From the IMG/VR virus record IMGVR_UViG_3300033067_001657, positions 1-34,860 of that record: a stretch of DNA of 34,860 bases. The stretch is one strand, 5' to 3'. The DNA is from a virus. Its lineage: Duplodnaviria; Caudoviricetes. Shown here one piece after another: positions 17,723 to 25,862 of the stretch. Made by a program: the position numbers and the translations under genes. Position 1 is the first letter of the stretch. The number at the start of each line of letters is the position of its first letter. The notes under the pieces were generated by a model. The model searched no databases and was not told where the DNA came from. It saw only the letters and a program-made list of their open reading frames with translations.

Positions 17723-17924
17723 TAAGCGAATCCACTATAAAAAGGGGTCTTGTCTTAGCATCTTTTAAAGCTAATTCGAAATCCTGTATCAAATCTTCTA
17801 CGCTAGAATAGTTTTTAAAATCTATAGCTTCTGTATAACCTTCAGCGTTTCCTTCGTTATCGTAATAAACTTCACATAAAGAATAAAAACCATCCTTTTT
17901 AAAAACCCTATAGTTCCAACTCAT
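17697..17924 (-). CDS. Hypothetical protein
   Basis: Likely start is MSWNYRV at 17924, just after the upstream stop, rather than the track start 17987. Confidence 0.6.
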   Translation of the reverse strand: MSWNYRVFKKDGFYSLCEVYYDNEGNAEGYTEAIDFKNYSSVEDLIQDFELALKDAKTRPLFIVDSLNDECSQSV

Positions 17925-17926
17925 AT

Positions 17927-18205
17927 TTAATCGTTTACCTCTACTCTGAATATCCCACCTGTCGAATAATCGCCAACAACTCCCCACAAAACTTTAGCAT
18001 TTTTATTTCTTCCTATCCCATTTTTAAGAGCTTCTCTCATTTTTTCTTCATTCGGCCAAGTCATAAAAACAGAATGAGGGCAAGTTATATTCATACTTTG
18101 TCCGCAAGGACCACCTGGACCATTATCAGAATATAAAGCCCAAGCCATTCCGGGTTTTAAATTGAGAGTAAATCCTTCTTCATTTATACTGAATATCTTA
18201 CTCAT
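17927..18205 (-). CDS. Hypothetical protein
   Basis: 92-aa ORF with ATGA overlap to DHFR. Confidence 0.55.
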   Translation of the reverse strand: MSKIFSINEEGFTLNLKPGMAWALYSDNGPGGPCGQSMNITCPHSVFMTWPNEEKMREALKNGIGRNKNAKVLWGVVGDYSTGGIFRVEVND

Positions 18206-18705
18206 TTCTTAAATATCCTCTTCTTTCTCGCAAACTTCATAAAGGTAGTCATAATACCATTATCTAATATCTCTGAAGATTCTACTAAGTCCCACATATC
18301 TTGATCCCAATCAGCTAGGGGAAAAAATGCATCTCCTCTATACTCGGCGTGGACTTTAGTCATATAGATCTTATTACAGCGAGGCAGCATTAATTTATAA
18401 ATAGAAGCGCCACCAATAATAAAAGGTTCCGGGTCATCTTTCACTAATTCTTCCAAGCTTCCAATATTATTTACGGTGATAACTCCCTCCGCTTTGAATT
18501 TCTCTTTATTTGTAATGACTATGTTAGTTCTATCAGATAAAGGAAATCCTATAGATTCGTATGTTTTACGACCCATTATTATATTATGTCCTTGAGTAAC
18601 TTCTTTAAATCTTTTTAGATCTTCTGGTAAATACCAAGGCATGTCATTTTCATTGCCTATCACGTTGTTAAGGCTAACCGCCGCTATCAAAGAATACCAT
18701 TTCAT
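18202..18705 (-). CDS. folA: Dihydrofolate reductase
   Basis: LIAAVSLNNVIG..NDMPWYLPEDLKRFK, IMGRKTYESIG.PL..R.NIV, IIGGA.IY and GDAFFP. Confidence 0.97.
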   Translation of the reverse strand: MKWYSLIAAVSLNNVIGNENDMPWYLPEDLKRFKEVTQGHNIIMGRKTYESIGFPLSDRTNIVITNKEKFKAEGVITVNNIGSLEELVKDDPEPFIIGGASIYKLMLPRCNKIYMTKVHAEYRGDAFFPLADWDQDMWDLVESSEILDNGIMTTFMKFARKKRIFKK

Positions 18706-18706
18706 T

Positions 18707-19459
18707 TCAATATACTACATAATTCTTAAGATTTTTTCTATACCACCACTTGGCGTAACTATAGCACGAGCTACACGCCTTATGATTACATGTTTTATAT
18801 TTAGGCTTCACTTTTTCGTAAGCTGCATTTACTGACCAAGCCATGCTATCTGATGATTTCAAGTAACGGTTAATTTTCAGTAAGGCTTTGCTCTTTACGC
18901 CAAATCCGTGAAGTAAAATATTATGATTAATTGTCAACTCTTCTACTAAATCTACTATTTCTTGAGAATTAGCTCTTCTACATACTGAGCCTAATCCGAA
19001 AAATGTAGATTGCACTCCTTGATCTCTATAATCCTCTAAATGGCGGATGTAATCTTTAGGAGTTTGCCCTTGTAAAACTGGAAGCCAGGGAATTTTTGGA
19101 GCCAAATCATTTAGCTTAAACCAGTTTTCTATCGTTTTTTTCTGATGAAAGTTTACGCTTTTTTTAGTTTTCTTTCTAGCAGAAGCTTCGCACATCCAGT
19201 CTTGAATGGCGGCAAATTGCATTTTTCCTAGTGAGGCCGAATAGAATTTAGTTCGTTCCGCATACTCTTTAGGGGTAGTTATCCACTTGCCATATTTATG
19301 AAGTTCAGTGAAACCACCAGAATCTAACGCCCATATGAAATTAGCGGGTTTTAGTTTCTTATATCTTTTTAATCTTCTATCTGAAACGAAAAATGGTATA
19401 TGTTCGTTTTTAGACCACAACCAGTCAACATTATTGATTCCCAGATAAAATATCATCAA
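18707..19459 (-). CDS. dpdA: TGT-fold (queuine tRNA-ribosyltransferase-like) protein; DpdA-like deazaguanine DNA transglycosylase candidate
   Basis: LDSGGF, QDWMCE, PVLQG, GLGSVCRR, HGFG, SSDSMAW and C-terminal CxH..C..C, matching the TGT-fold motif order. Confidence 0.65.
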   Translation of the reverse strand: MMIFYLGINNVDWLWSKNEHIPFFVSDRRLKRYKKLKPANFIWALDSGGFTELHKYGKWITTPKEYAERTKFYSASLGKMQFAAIQDWMCEASARKKTKKSVNFHQKKTIENWFKLNDLAPKIPWLPVLQGQTPKDYIRHLEDYRDQGVQSTFFGLGSVCRRANSQEIVDLVEELTINHNILLHGFGVKSKALLKINRYLKSSDSMAWSVNAAYEKVKPKYKTCNHKACSSCYSYAKWWYRKNLKNYVVY

Positions 19460-19640
19460 TCATCCAATCACTTGCTATTAGATCAGTAGTCGTTAGCCTA
19501 TACAACATACCCTTTTCATCATATAGATATAAGTCATGGCTAGGGAATAAAGAGGTAGAGTCCTTTTTCTTGACCCAAGCTTTACGTTTTATTCTTTTAT
19601 TCAGTTTCTTGCTTTCTTTCAGAACCTTACTAATCTTCAT
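19431..19640 (-). CDS. DUF2829/Tad2-like small protein (candidate anti-defence nucleotide sponge)
   Basis: KRIKRKAW...DLIASDW matches the K.RxxW...D(L/I)xAxDW signature; start taken at MKISK. Confidence 0.55.
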   Translation of the reverse strand: MKISKVLKESKKLNKRIKRKAWVKKKDSTSLFPSHDLYLYDEKGMLYRLTTTDLIASDWMIDDILSGNQ

Positions 19641-19986
19641 AAGTAAAAGCCTCCACATTTAGATTTTTAATGATATTCAATAATCGAGAATGTTCTCTTG
19701 TTCCTTCTATCTTATACTTTATTGACTGGAACCAATCGTCAAAATTCTGAAGAAAATCGAATTTTTTTATTTTAACTATAGCGTTCAAGTGAAATTCTCC
19801 AATTATATCATAAGGAAAATCAGTAGCTCCTTCGCAGCTTCCAAACATACCAAGATGTATATAAAAGTAATTAAAGTCACATCCAACTTTACGTATTTGA
19901 TATGTTTCGTTTTTAGTATAAAAATAAGGAGAGCCTATACTGATAGTCTTTCCTTTCATACTACCATCTATTAAGTGGACTAACAT
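19630..19986 (-). CDS. Hypothetical protein
   Basis: 118-aa ORF in an operon. Confidence 0.55.
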   Translation of the reverse strand: MLVHLIDGSMKGKTISIGSPYFYTKNETYQIRKVGCDFNYFYIHLGMFGSCEGATDFPYDIIGEFHLNAIVKIKKFDFLQNFDDWFQSIKYKIEGTREHSRLLNIIKNLNVEAFTYED

Positions 19987-20491
19987 TTCTATGTATCCCT
20001 AAAATTTCATAATAAGGTTCATAATTAGATTTAACGTATTCGGCTACTGTAAAAATATCATTTTCTAATTCTTCAACTTGAGTAATAATTTTCCCATTGT
20101 TTGAACTTTTATCTGTGTAAATGACAAACCATTCAACTACATTAGAAGTCTTAGCTGATTCGGGCTTTTCAAAGCCCGCTTCTCTTAAGAGGTCAGCCAC
20201 ATCATCTCCACCCCATATGACTTTTGCTAAAACTCTCCCATATTTATCATGTCCTTTGCGTTCTATTTCAACATGGCAACCTCCTATAAGACCATACAGG
20301 AAACTCCTAGCTTCAAGCCCTTTCTCTTTATTTATTCCATTTTTTTCATAAGTATCTATTCCTAAGATTCTTACTCTTTCTACCACTTTAGTAGTTACAC
20401 TTTCACTAATCCAAATAGATCTTTCTATCTGAATAGTATCACCATCTATTACGTCCGCTACGTAGACTTCCATACTATCTCCACATTTCAA
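19961..20491 (-). CDS. Thermonuclease (staphylococcal nuclease-like)
   Basis: VIDGDTI, VRILGIDTYE and DKYGRVLA. Confidence 0.9.
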   Translation of the reverse strand: MKCGDSMEVYVADVIDGDTIQIERSIWISESVTTKVVERVRILGIDTYEKNGINKEKGLEARSFLYGLIGGCHVEIERKGHDKYGRVLAKVIWGGDDVADLLREAGFEKPESAKTSNVVEWFVIYTDKSSNNGKIITQVEELENDIFTVAEYVKSNYEPYYEILGIHRNVSPLNRW

Positions 20492-20852
20492 CTTGCGAAT
20501 ATTCTATAGGATAAGCTCCGCTATATTTAGGAAGTCTAGTCGAAGTAGCATAAGTTTTTACATTACCAAACCATCCTATTTCGGTGATAATATCAATTCT
20601 TTCACCGCCTTTCAAGAAATAAATAGACCCGTCTTTTGACTGCCAAGATATTTCTGAATTTCTAACAATATCGCCAGCTAAATCTAAGCTGATATTAGTA
20701 ACCACATGATCATAATAAGGATCAACCACTTTAGCCGGTTTATTATTAGCCAAGCTCATATTATAAGAACTAAAAATCACTATAAAAGAAATTATAGCTA
20801 GCGCTCCCATTACAATAGAAAACTTAATCAAATCTTTTTTATCTTTATCCAT
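20475..20852 (-). CDS. Hypothetical membrane-anchored protein
   Basis: N-terminal hydrophobic helix FSIVMGALAIISFIVIF. Confidence 0.6.
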   Translation of the reverse strand: MDKDKKDLIKFSIVMGALAIISFIVIFSSYNMSLANNKPAKVVDPYYDHVVTNISLDLAGDIVRNSEISWQSKDGSIYFLKGGERIDIITEIGWFGNVKTYATSTRLPKYSGAYPIEYSQVEMWR

Positions 20853-21031
20853 TATTTGTATTCCTCTTGCACAATTACATTTTCCTCAGTATCATAGATT
20901 TGGTACCAATCTTTTTGCAAATTTAAAGCTTTTCTATAAGCATCGTCTTGCTCATCAAACGATCCCTTAAAATCATTCATGCCGCCCGATGGGTACCACT
21001 TGTCACCTGCAAATAATAAATATCTTTTCAT
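20852..21031 (-). CDS. Small hypothetical phage protein (59 aa, absent from the track)
   Basis: Manual translation MKRYLLFAGDKWYPSGGMNDFKGSF...WYQIYD; overlaps both neighbours by 1-4 nt. Confidence 0.7.
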   Translation of the reverse strand: MKRYLLFAGDKWYPSGGMNDFKGSFDEQDDAYRKALNLQKDWYQIYDTEENVIVQEEYK

Positions 21032-21297
21032 ATGTTATCTCTAATATTTTGAATTTTCTGCATAACAGACATTAACGATGAGTCTATCGATTTAATCGGA
21101 CCAGACATAAATGAGCCTTCGATATTATTTATTCCAGCATCAAATAATCTCTTACATATACAACTAGGACATAATAAGCCACCCTCATCTTTAGTAGGAG
21201 AAATACTCTTCCACGCATGATCTGGGATTATTAAGTCTGGGAATCCATACTCGTCGCCATACTCTCTACCGCAATCGTAACAACCAATTTTTTTCAT
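21028..21297 (-). CDS. Hypothetical zinc-binding protein
   Basis: CYDC...W...GGLLCPSC; AGGAG RBS. Confidence 0.65.
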   Translation of the reverse strand: MKKIGCYDCGREYGDEYGFPDLIIPDHAWKSISPTKDEGGLLCPSCICKRLFDAGINNIEGSFMSGPIKSIDSSLMSVMQKIQNIRDNI

Positions 21298-21320
21298 TAT
21301 AAATTTTTCTCCTAAATTAA

Positions 21321-21415
21321 AAAATCAGAAAGGAATTGAACCTTCTTGGGAGACGATCCCATTTTAAACACGGGTGGCGTTTCGAACCGCGCTCTCCGTC
21401 CCCGCCGCTGATTTT
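21321..21415 (-). ncRNA. tRNA-like structured RNA (95 nt), non-canonical
   Basis: Terminal stem AAAATCAG/CTGATTTT, T arm GAAGG-TTCAATT-CCTTT, internal hairpin CCCGT-GTTTAAA-ATGGG; a GC-rich island in AT-rich DNA. Confidence 0.6.
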
Positions 21416-21492
21416 CCTCATTCGAAATATCTTATCAGTTGTGCAGCTCCAAGGCTATCACTCATCTCTCTACACATATAAAATATTTCTAA

Positions 21493-21563
21493 ACCCCTCA
21501 ACCAGAGTCGAACTGGTTTTAGACGGATTGAAAGCCGTTTGCTTTCCACAAAGCTATGAGGGG
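21493..21563 (-). tRNA. tRNA, probably Glu (TTC), with an 8-nt anticodon loop
   Basis: Acceptor CCCCTCA/TGAGGGG, D arm GCTT-TGTGGA-AAGC, anticodon arm ACGG-CTTTCAAT-CCGT, T arm ACCAG-TTCGACT-CTGGT; CCA not encoded. Confidence 0.72.
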
Positions 21564-21569
21564 ACGATC

Positions 21570-21728
21570 CTATAAAGAATCGTTTGTAAAATTTCTCGCA
21601 TTATCGTATGAAGCAGCTATTTTTTTGCAAGCTTCTTCATAAGAATGAGCTGTTACCAATAAGGTTTTTCTAGCCCATTCATATCCTTGACAATAATGTT
21701 CAAACTCGAATGTAATTAAAAATTGCAT
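21570..21728 (-). CDS. Small hypothetical protein (52 aa, absent from the track)
   Basis: MQFLITFEFEHYCQGYEW...; the ATG overlaps the nrdA stop (TGATG). Confidence 0.6.
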   Translation of the reverse strand: MQFLITFEFEHYCQGYEWARKTLLVTAHSYEEACKKIAASYDNARNFTNDSL

Positions 21729-24541
21729 CATTGACAACTCTCACAATCTTTATTATCTATAGAACAAACTTTAGGTTGACTTTCTGTAGTAATTTGGGTC
21801 ATTTCAGTAGCTGGTTTATTTCTCAAATAATAAGTAGTTTTCAAGCCCGCTCTCCATGCCGCAAAATACATATCGTTAATAGCCTTTAGGGACTGTCCGC
21901 TATTATACAAATTAAAGGAAATAGATTGATCTATCCATTTTTGTCTAACCGCGTTTAAATTAACAAGATCTTGAGTGGGGACTTCGTAGGCAGTTCTATA
22001 TATTTCTCTATATCTAGCGGGAATTTCTGTAATTCCCTGAATAGAACCTCTATTAAGTTTAATCTTATTAGCTAATTCTCTAGTCCACAATCCTTCTTTT
22101 CTCATATCGGCGACAAAATCTTCGTTTATCACGATAATATTACCACTTTTATTTTGGTATGAGAAGAACAACCCAAACGGCGGCTCAATAGACTGCTCGC
22201 ACCCAACTATGTATGATATACTAGCGGTCGGTGCAATCGCCATGATATTTCCGTTCCTAATCCCCTGCTTTACTTCTTCTCTTAATTTGTCCCAGTCTAG
22301 TTGGACTTCTACCGGAATATCTTTAGTCCCTAGGGATTTCATTACTTCTTCTCTAGAATCCATAGGTAATATACCGGCATTCCAACTTGATCCTTCAAAC
22401 TCTGGATAAGAGCCATATTTCTTAGCTAGTTCTACAGAAGTTTTAATAGCTATGTAGCTAATATATTCCATGATATTCGAAGTTAGTTGCAAAGCGCCAG
22501 GGTCAGATAGCGAGTAACCAAGTTTAGCATAAACATTATACCAACCCATAGTACCTAATCCTATCTCTCGTCCTTGAGTAGCACCAATTCTACTTTCTAT
22601 AGTAGGATAATAATTAAGATCAATTACTGAGTCAAGTGCTTTTACAGTATTAGAAACTGTGTGACCTAGTAATTCCCAATCTAATTTACCATCTTTTACA
22701 TGTTTATCTAAATTAACAGAAGATAAAGTGCATACTGCGGTCCTTCCATAATCGGTTTTAACACCCTCATCATAAGTTGGGGAGTTGGTTTGTATAAGAA
22801 TCTCAGTGTTCTTGGTAATAAAACCATTGCAGACCCAAGCTTTCTCTTTATTAGATAATACTTTTAAGCAATAAACATCTTCTTTTTCTGGAAGTTTATC
22901 AATACGAATTATCTTTTTGTATATTATTTGTGGATTATTCAATATACTTAGAACGGTTTCTACTTCATCGCCAATTTTTAGTTGGTTGCATTCTACCCAA
23001 CCTCTATCTTTTACCCATAAAGGATGGTCGTATGTAATTTTATGAGATGAGCCATCTGCGACTATAACTTCATAAATATCTTGAGATAACAGAGTTTTTA
23101 CTATAGGAGTAGTTGTTTCTATGTTTTTGCGGCCAAATACTTGTAATTCTTTCAATTGAGGATATTTTTCACAGAATTCAGCTACTTCTTTAACTGTGCT
23201 TAACCCAAATTGCATCGTGTAAACTTTTTGATCTCCAGTCACGCAACACAAATTACTTCCATGCAGCATCCCAGTATGATTATTCTGATAGGATATACAA
23301 CTAGCATCCTTAAATGTAATCCAAGGATGACTACTTTCAAACAAAACCTTTAAAACTTCTTTCCATAGGCTTTTAGCTGATAGGGTTTTTCCCTTAATTT
23401 CACCATTTTTAAATTGAGCTTCTCTTCTTGCATAATTTATCTCAAATTCTTCGCCAAAGGTTTCATGTAGCTCAGGACAATCAGCAGGGCAAAATAGCGT
23501 CCATTCTCCATCTTCTTCTATTCGTTTAAAGAATAAATTAGGACACCATAAAGCTGTGTTCAAATCATGGCACTTCCGTCTTTCTTCCCCAACTACTCGT
23601 CTTACTTCTAAATATTCTTCTATATCTAGATGCCAGGGTTCTATATAAACACACCCGCTTCCAGGGCGTCTACCACCTTGGTCAACAGCCACCAACATAT
23701 CATTATAAATCTTCATCCAGGGCACTAAACCAGAAGATGTTCCCTGAGTACCCCGTATATAAGCTCCAGAAGCCCTCACAGCGCCCATATGAAAGCCTAA
23801 ACCACCAGCATGCTTAGATTTACGGGCTTCCTGCCAAAGCCCCTCAAATAGGCCATCTATTGAATCTCCGATTGAGCTAAGATAACAGCTAGATAATTGG
23901 CTTTTTACTGTCAATGAGTTAAATAGAGTGGGTGTAGATGGACTAGCTAAGTGCCGACTGTACACATCATAGAGTTCTATAGCTCTTACTGTAGGGTTTT
24001 CATGGTTCAAAGAAAGCCCCATTGCTACTCTCATATAGAAAGCTTGAGGAGTTTCCATTACCTTATCTTCTAATTTAAGCAAATACCTATCTACTAGATT
24101 TTTAATACCAGGATATTTAAATATCCCGTCTCTATGTAAAACCAAAGAATCCGCTAATTGGTTTAAATCAAACTTAGTTAAAGCTTCTTGCTTTAGAATA
24201 TTAGCTTTGACAAGCTTTTTCAAATTAGAGATAAAAAGCTGCCTATAAGCTTTATTTATATCTTCTTTTTCTTTAAGAACCTCTTTATAAAGCGAGGACA
24301 GTAAAATGCGGGCGGCGGCAAATGAGTAGTTTGGTTCTTGCCAGATCTTAGCCCGCGCACTCAATTCTAAAGCGTCATCTATTTCAGTGGTTTGGATTTT
24401 ATCTCTAAATGAGATTTGAGCATCTAGGATGATCTCAGCGGCGGAAACTCCTTCTAATCCATAACAACATCGCTCTACAAACTTATTAATACGACTAGGA
24501 TCATAATCTTCTAGTCTTCCATTCCTTTTCTTAACTTTCAT
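21728..24541 (-). CDS. nrdA: Ribonucleotide reductase alpha subunit (class I, N-terminal ATP cone) containing a mini-intein
   Basis: VKKRNG ATP cone, STPTLFN, LSSCY, GGLG, DQGGRRPG, GSNLC[intein]TEI, AIAPTAS, DQSIS, KTTYYLR and C-terminal CESCQ. Confidence 0.97.
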   Translation of the reverse strand: MKVKKRNGRLEDYDPSRINKFVERCCYGLEGVSAAEIILDAQISFRDKIQTTEIDDALELSARAKIWQEPNYSFAAARILLSSLYKEVLKEKEDINKAYRQLFISNLKKLVKANILKQEALTKFDLNQLADSLVLHRDGIFKYPGIKNLVDRYLLKLEDKVMETPQAFYMRVAMGLSLNHENPTVRAIELYDVYSRHLASPSTPTLFNSLTVKSQLSSCYLSSIGDSIDGLFEGLWQEARKSKHAGGLGFHMGAVRASGAYIRGTQGTSSGLVPWMKIYNDMLVAVDQGGRRPGSGCVYIEPWHLDIEEYLEVRRVVGEERRKCHDLNTALWCPNLFFKRIEEDGEWTLFCPADCPELHETFGEEFEINYARREAQFKNGEIKGKTLSAKSLWKEVLKVLFESSHPWITFKDASCISYQNNHTGMLHGSNLCCVTGDQKVYTMQFGLSTVKEVAEFCEKYPQLKELQVFGRKNIETTTPIVKTLLSQDIYEVIVADGSSHKITYDHPLWVKDRGWVECNQLKIGDEVETVLSILNNPQIIYKKIIRIDKLPEKEDVYCLKVLSNKEKAWVCNGFITKNTEILIQTNSPTYDEGVKTDYGRTAVCTLSSVNLDKHVKDGKLDWELLGHTVSNTVKALDSVIDLNYYPTIESRIGATQGREIGLGTMGWYNVYAKLGYSLSDPGALQLTSNIMEYISYIAIKTSVELAKKYGSYPEFEGSSWNAGILPMDSREEVMKSLGTKDIPVEVQLDWDKLREEVKQGIRNGNIMAIAPTASISYIVGCEQSIEPPFGLFFSYQNKSGNIIVINEDFVADMRKEGLWTRELANKIKLNRGSIQGITEIPARYREIYRTAYEVPTQDLVNLNAVRQKWIDQSISFNLYNSGQSLKAINDMYFAAWRAGLKTTYYLRNKPATEMTQITTESQPKVCSIDNKDCESCQ
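22808..23245 (-). mobile_element. Mini-intein (146 aa, no homing endonuclease) in nrdA
   Basis: Begins CVTGDQKV, block B TYDH, block F DVYCLKV, ends GFITKN followed by T. Removing it restores NLC-TEI. Confidence 0.92.
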
Positions 24542-24558
24542 ATTATAACCTGCAATAA

Positions 24559-24747
24559 TTATTTATCTTCTAGATAGCTTTGTGTTAAAGTATTTCTCAT
24601 ATTAGCCGGAGTATGCTTATATAAGAACCCCCAAAGATCAGCAGGATTATCTGTAGTTACAGTGACTTGTTTCCCTGTTAATTGACCATTTTTTAATCTT
24701 TCATTAACAACTAATTCGTAAACTTTCTTTTCTTCTTTATTTTTCAT
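24559..24747 (-). CDS. Hypothetical protein
   Basis: 62-aa ORF with ATGA coupling. Confidence 0.55.
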   Translation of the reverse strand: MKNKEEKKVYELVVNERLKNGQLTGKQVTVTTDNPADLWGFLYKHTPANMRNTLTQSYLEDK

Positions 24748-25163
24748 AATTCTAACGCACTAAAAAACCCTAATATTTTCTTCTGAATTCTATAAAACAC
24801 AGCCTTTCTATGTTTATTCTCTACCCACCACCTACCAACAGCTATTTTAAATCTGTATGGTGAAATTGGGATAAAGTATTCAACACCTTCCGAATTAGAA
24901 ATAATATCAGCAATTGTTTTACTTAGTATAAAATTGGTGTGGCCTACCCAAAAGTCAAATGGATCTATATCGTCCGGTAGTGATACCATGCCAGCGGGCG
25001 TCAAGACTGCTTTTGGGGCTTCTTCTATTCTTTTTTCCATTTCAAGAAATTTGAGACTAAAAGCCTCTTCTTCTGAATTAACATCTTCTTCCTCTTCTAA
25101 AGAGGGTATGTTTGTATTTAATGTTGGGACATGCTCCCAGGTTATTTCTCTTATTCTTTTCAT
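24744..25163 (-). CDS. Hypothetical protein
   Basis: 139-aa ORF (FDFWVGHTNF...GVE...SPYRF.IAVG); GGAGG RBS. Confidence 0.65.
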   Translation of the reverse strand: MKRIREITWEHVPTLNTNIPSLEEEEDVNSEEEAFSLKFLEMEKRIEEAPKAVLTPAGMVSLPDDIDPFDFWVGHTNFILSKTIADIISNSEGVEYFIPISPYRFKIAVGRWWVENKHRKAVFYRIQKKILGFFSALEL

Positions 25164-25399
25164 TCTTGACCTCCGAAGATTTTGGTCGAATGCACCAACG
25201 GTTCTTCGTTTTTATAAATTTTCCTTAATTCGGAGTAGACACTCGGATATTCTGCTTTTAAAGCCTCGATAAGAGAGACAAAATGCACAGAGATTGGAGT
25301 AATCAATGTTATAAGGAATCTAGCTAAATCTTTTGGAGTATAAGAACTAGTATCTAGCGCATAAACAACCTTGCCTTCGTTAATCGATATTTGTAACAT
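25160..25399 (-). CDS. Hypothetical protein
   Basis: 79-aa ORF in an operon. Confidence 0.55.
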   Translation of the reverse strand: MLQISINEGKVVYALDTSSYTPKDLARFLITLITPISVHFVSLIEALKAEYPSVYSELRKIYKNEEPLVHSTKIFGGQE

Positions 25400-25862
25400 A
25401 TGCTTTTATTTTACCTAATGAATTATAATATATATCTGATGTTCTATGAGCTGTAGTATTTATTTTTTTAGATATTTCTGTAAACGTGTAGTTAAACAAT
25501 AAAACTCCATTTACTACTTCTTGCTCTTGCTCTGATAGAATTGACACAAGATCTTCATATCCAGTATTAAATTCTTTATCTAAAAGGCCGAAATTGTCTC
25601 CAATAGACTCATGAAAATGTCTTTTAGTATATACTCTAAGATAATCAATAATGTAATGTCTGCATATTAATTTTCTAAAATGTCTAAGAGAACTCTTATT
25701 TTTATCGAACTTTTTGTCTTTTTCATATAAAACAAAAGGCAGATCATCTATCATGTCTTGCCTTTGCTGGAGAGTTAAATTAAAATTACTTAACTCTTGT
25801 AATATAATTTCTTTATATTCTGTCAGATGTTGAGCAGTAAATTCTGTGCGGTCGACCGCCAT
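25380..25862 (-). CDS. Sigma-70 family (ECF-like) RNA polymerase sigma factor
   Basis: Region 2-like QDMI..L...KFDKNKSSLRHF...IIDYLR and region 4-like LSEQEQEVV...YTFTEISKKIN...SLGKIK. Confidence 0.7.
   Translation of the reverse strand: MAVDRTEFTAQHLTEYKEIILQELSNFNLTLQQRQDMIDDLPFVLYEKDKKFDKNKSSLRHFRKLICRHYIIDYLRVYTKRHFHESIGDNFGLLDKEFNTGYEDLVSILSEQEQEVVNGVLLFNYTFTEISKKINTTAHRTSDIYYNSLGKIKAYVTNID

Noticed and set aside
21321-21563. tmRNA (one- or two-piece) or tRNA-Sec
   Set aside because: There is no GGGG-type 5' end with G3-U70, no CCA and no convincing tag ORF. The 8/5 stems resemble tRNA-Sec but there is no UCA anticodon arm or 6-bp D stem in that element.
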